IMG/VR virus record: IMGVR_UViG_3300027896_000206
Location: 1 to 24,819 of that record
From: a virus
Lineage: Duplodnaviria > Caudoviricetes
Reading direction: 5' to 3' (one strand)
DNA: 24,819 nt
Shown here piece by piece: positions 24,394 through 24,819 of this stretch. Each line of letters opens with the position of its first letter. Position 1 is the first letter of the stretch. A model generated the notes under the pieces. The model did no database searches, was not told the origin of the DNA, and saw only the letters and a list, made by a program, of their open reading frames with translations. The position numbers were made by a program, and so were the translations under genes.

Positions 24394-24819
24394 CTATTTT
24401 GTTGGTTGTTGTTTTTTTCTTTCCTGTAATTTCTTTATTACTTCAATAACTGCATTCTCAATAATATCTTTATTTTCACTTAAAACTTTTTTTACTCTTT
24501 CTACTGAATATATTTCAACTATAGTATTTTTTAATGCTTCCTGAACTATTGATGAAAAATTTTCATTCATAAAAGAAGTAACTATATTATTGGTGGCATT
24601 ATTAATTTGTTCTAATAACATATTGGGATTTATTAAACCAGTTTGATTTGGTTGATTAACATATTGTGGAACAGCAGTATTACCTATAGTACCTATCGTA
24701 TTATATTCATTAATTAATCCGGCTTGATTGTAATATTTCTTTAAGTTTTCTTGTGTCTGATTTCTTAATTTAGTAAGAGAAGAATCAACTACAGTGTCAT
24801 TATTAGGTTGTTTTATTTT
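24394..24819 (-). CDS. Hypothetical helical protein, 5'-truncated by window edge (>141 aa)
   Basis: The frame of the 75-aa track ORF stays open to 24819 (KIKQPNNDTVVDSSSLTKLRNQ...AGLINEYNT...NPNMLLEQ...), so the listed ATG is probably internal; ends in TAG. Confidence 0.7.
   Translation of the reverse strand, partial: KIKQPNNDTVVDSSLTKLRNQTQENLKKYYNQAGLINEYNTIGTIGNTAVPQYVNQPNQTGLINPNMLLEQINNATNNIVTSFMNENFSSIVQEALKNTIVEIYSVERVKKVLSENKDIIENAVIEVIKKLQERKKQQPTK

Noticed and set aside
24370-24396. Stop-codon reassignment (only TAG stop among the called genes; all others TAA)
   Set aside because: Genes are long and intact in the standard code, and read-through would add only about 8 residues; no evidence for recoding.
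1-24819. tRNA, rRNA, CRISPR array, IS or integrase
   Set aside because: Intergenic gaps are all under ~140 nt and AT-rich; no cloverleaf, regularly spaced repeats or transposase/integrase motifs seen.

Overview
AT-rich fragment of a large myovirus-type (jumbo-phage-like) genome; every credible gene is on the minus strand. The left ~7 kb is a baseplate/tail module (gp25-like, gp6/baseplate-J-like, two hypothetical virion proteins, and a >1054-aa tail/baseplate protein that runs off the window and is missing from the ORF track). The middle holds small hypothetical genes and a GT-B glycosyltransferase. The right ~12 kb encodes three multidomain 'polyvalent' proteins (284, 581 and 3198 aa). The 3198-aa ORF strings together about 18-19 modules, including two protein-kinase-like, two GNAT-like, ART-like, 2H phosphoesterase, zincin-like, PcfJ-like, two ParB/Srx-like, Cys-His-Asp transglutaminase-like and CCA-adding-enzyme domains. 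Nearly every module boundary carries an (I/L/V)-(N/T/K)-E motif, mostly 'INE', resembling T4 gp21 prohead-protease sites, and some modules are flanked by in-frame DNA direct repeats. Main hypothesis (inference): a capsid-packaged, protease-processed, cassette-like effector polyprotein delivering host-takeover, anti-defence and tRNA-repair enzymes. An identical 14-mer (GTATTTATAAAAAA) lies 7-8 nt upstream of three start codons, twice just after related terminators. All domain calls are from motif reading by eye; no database search was run.
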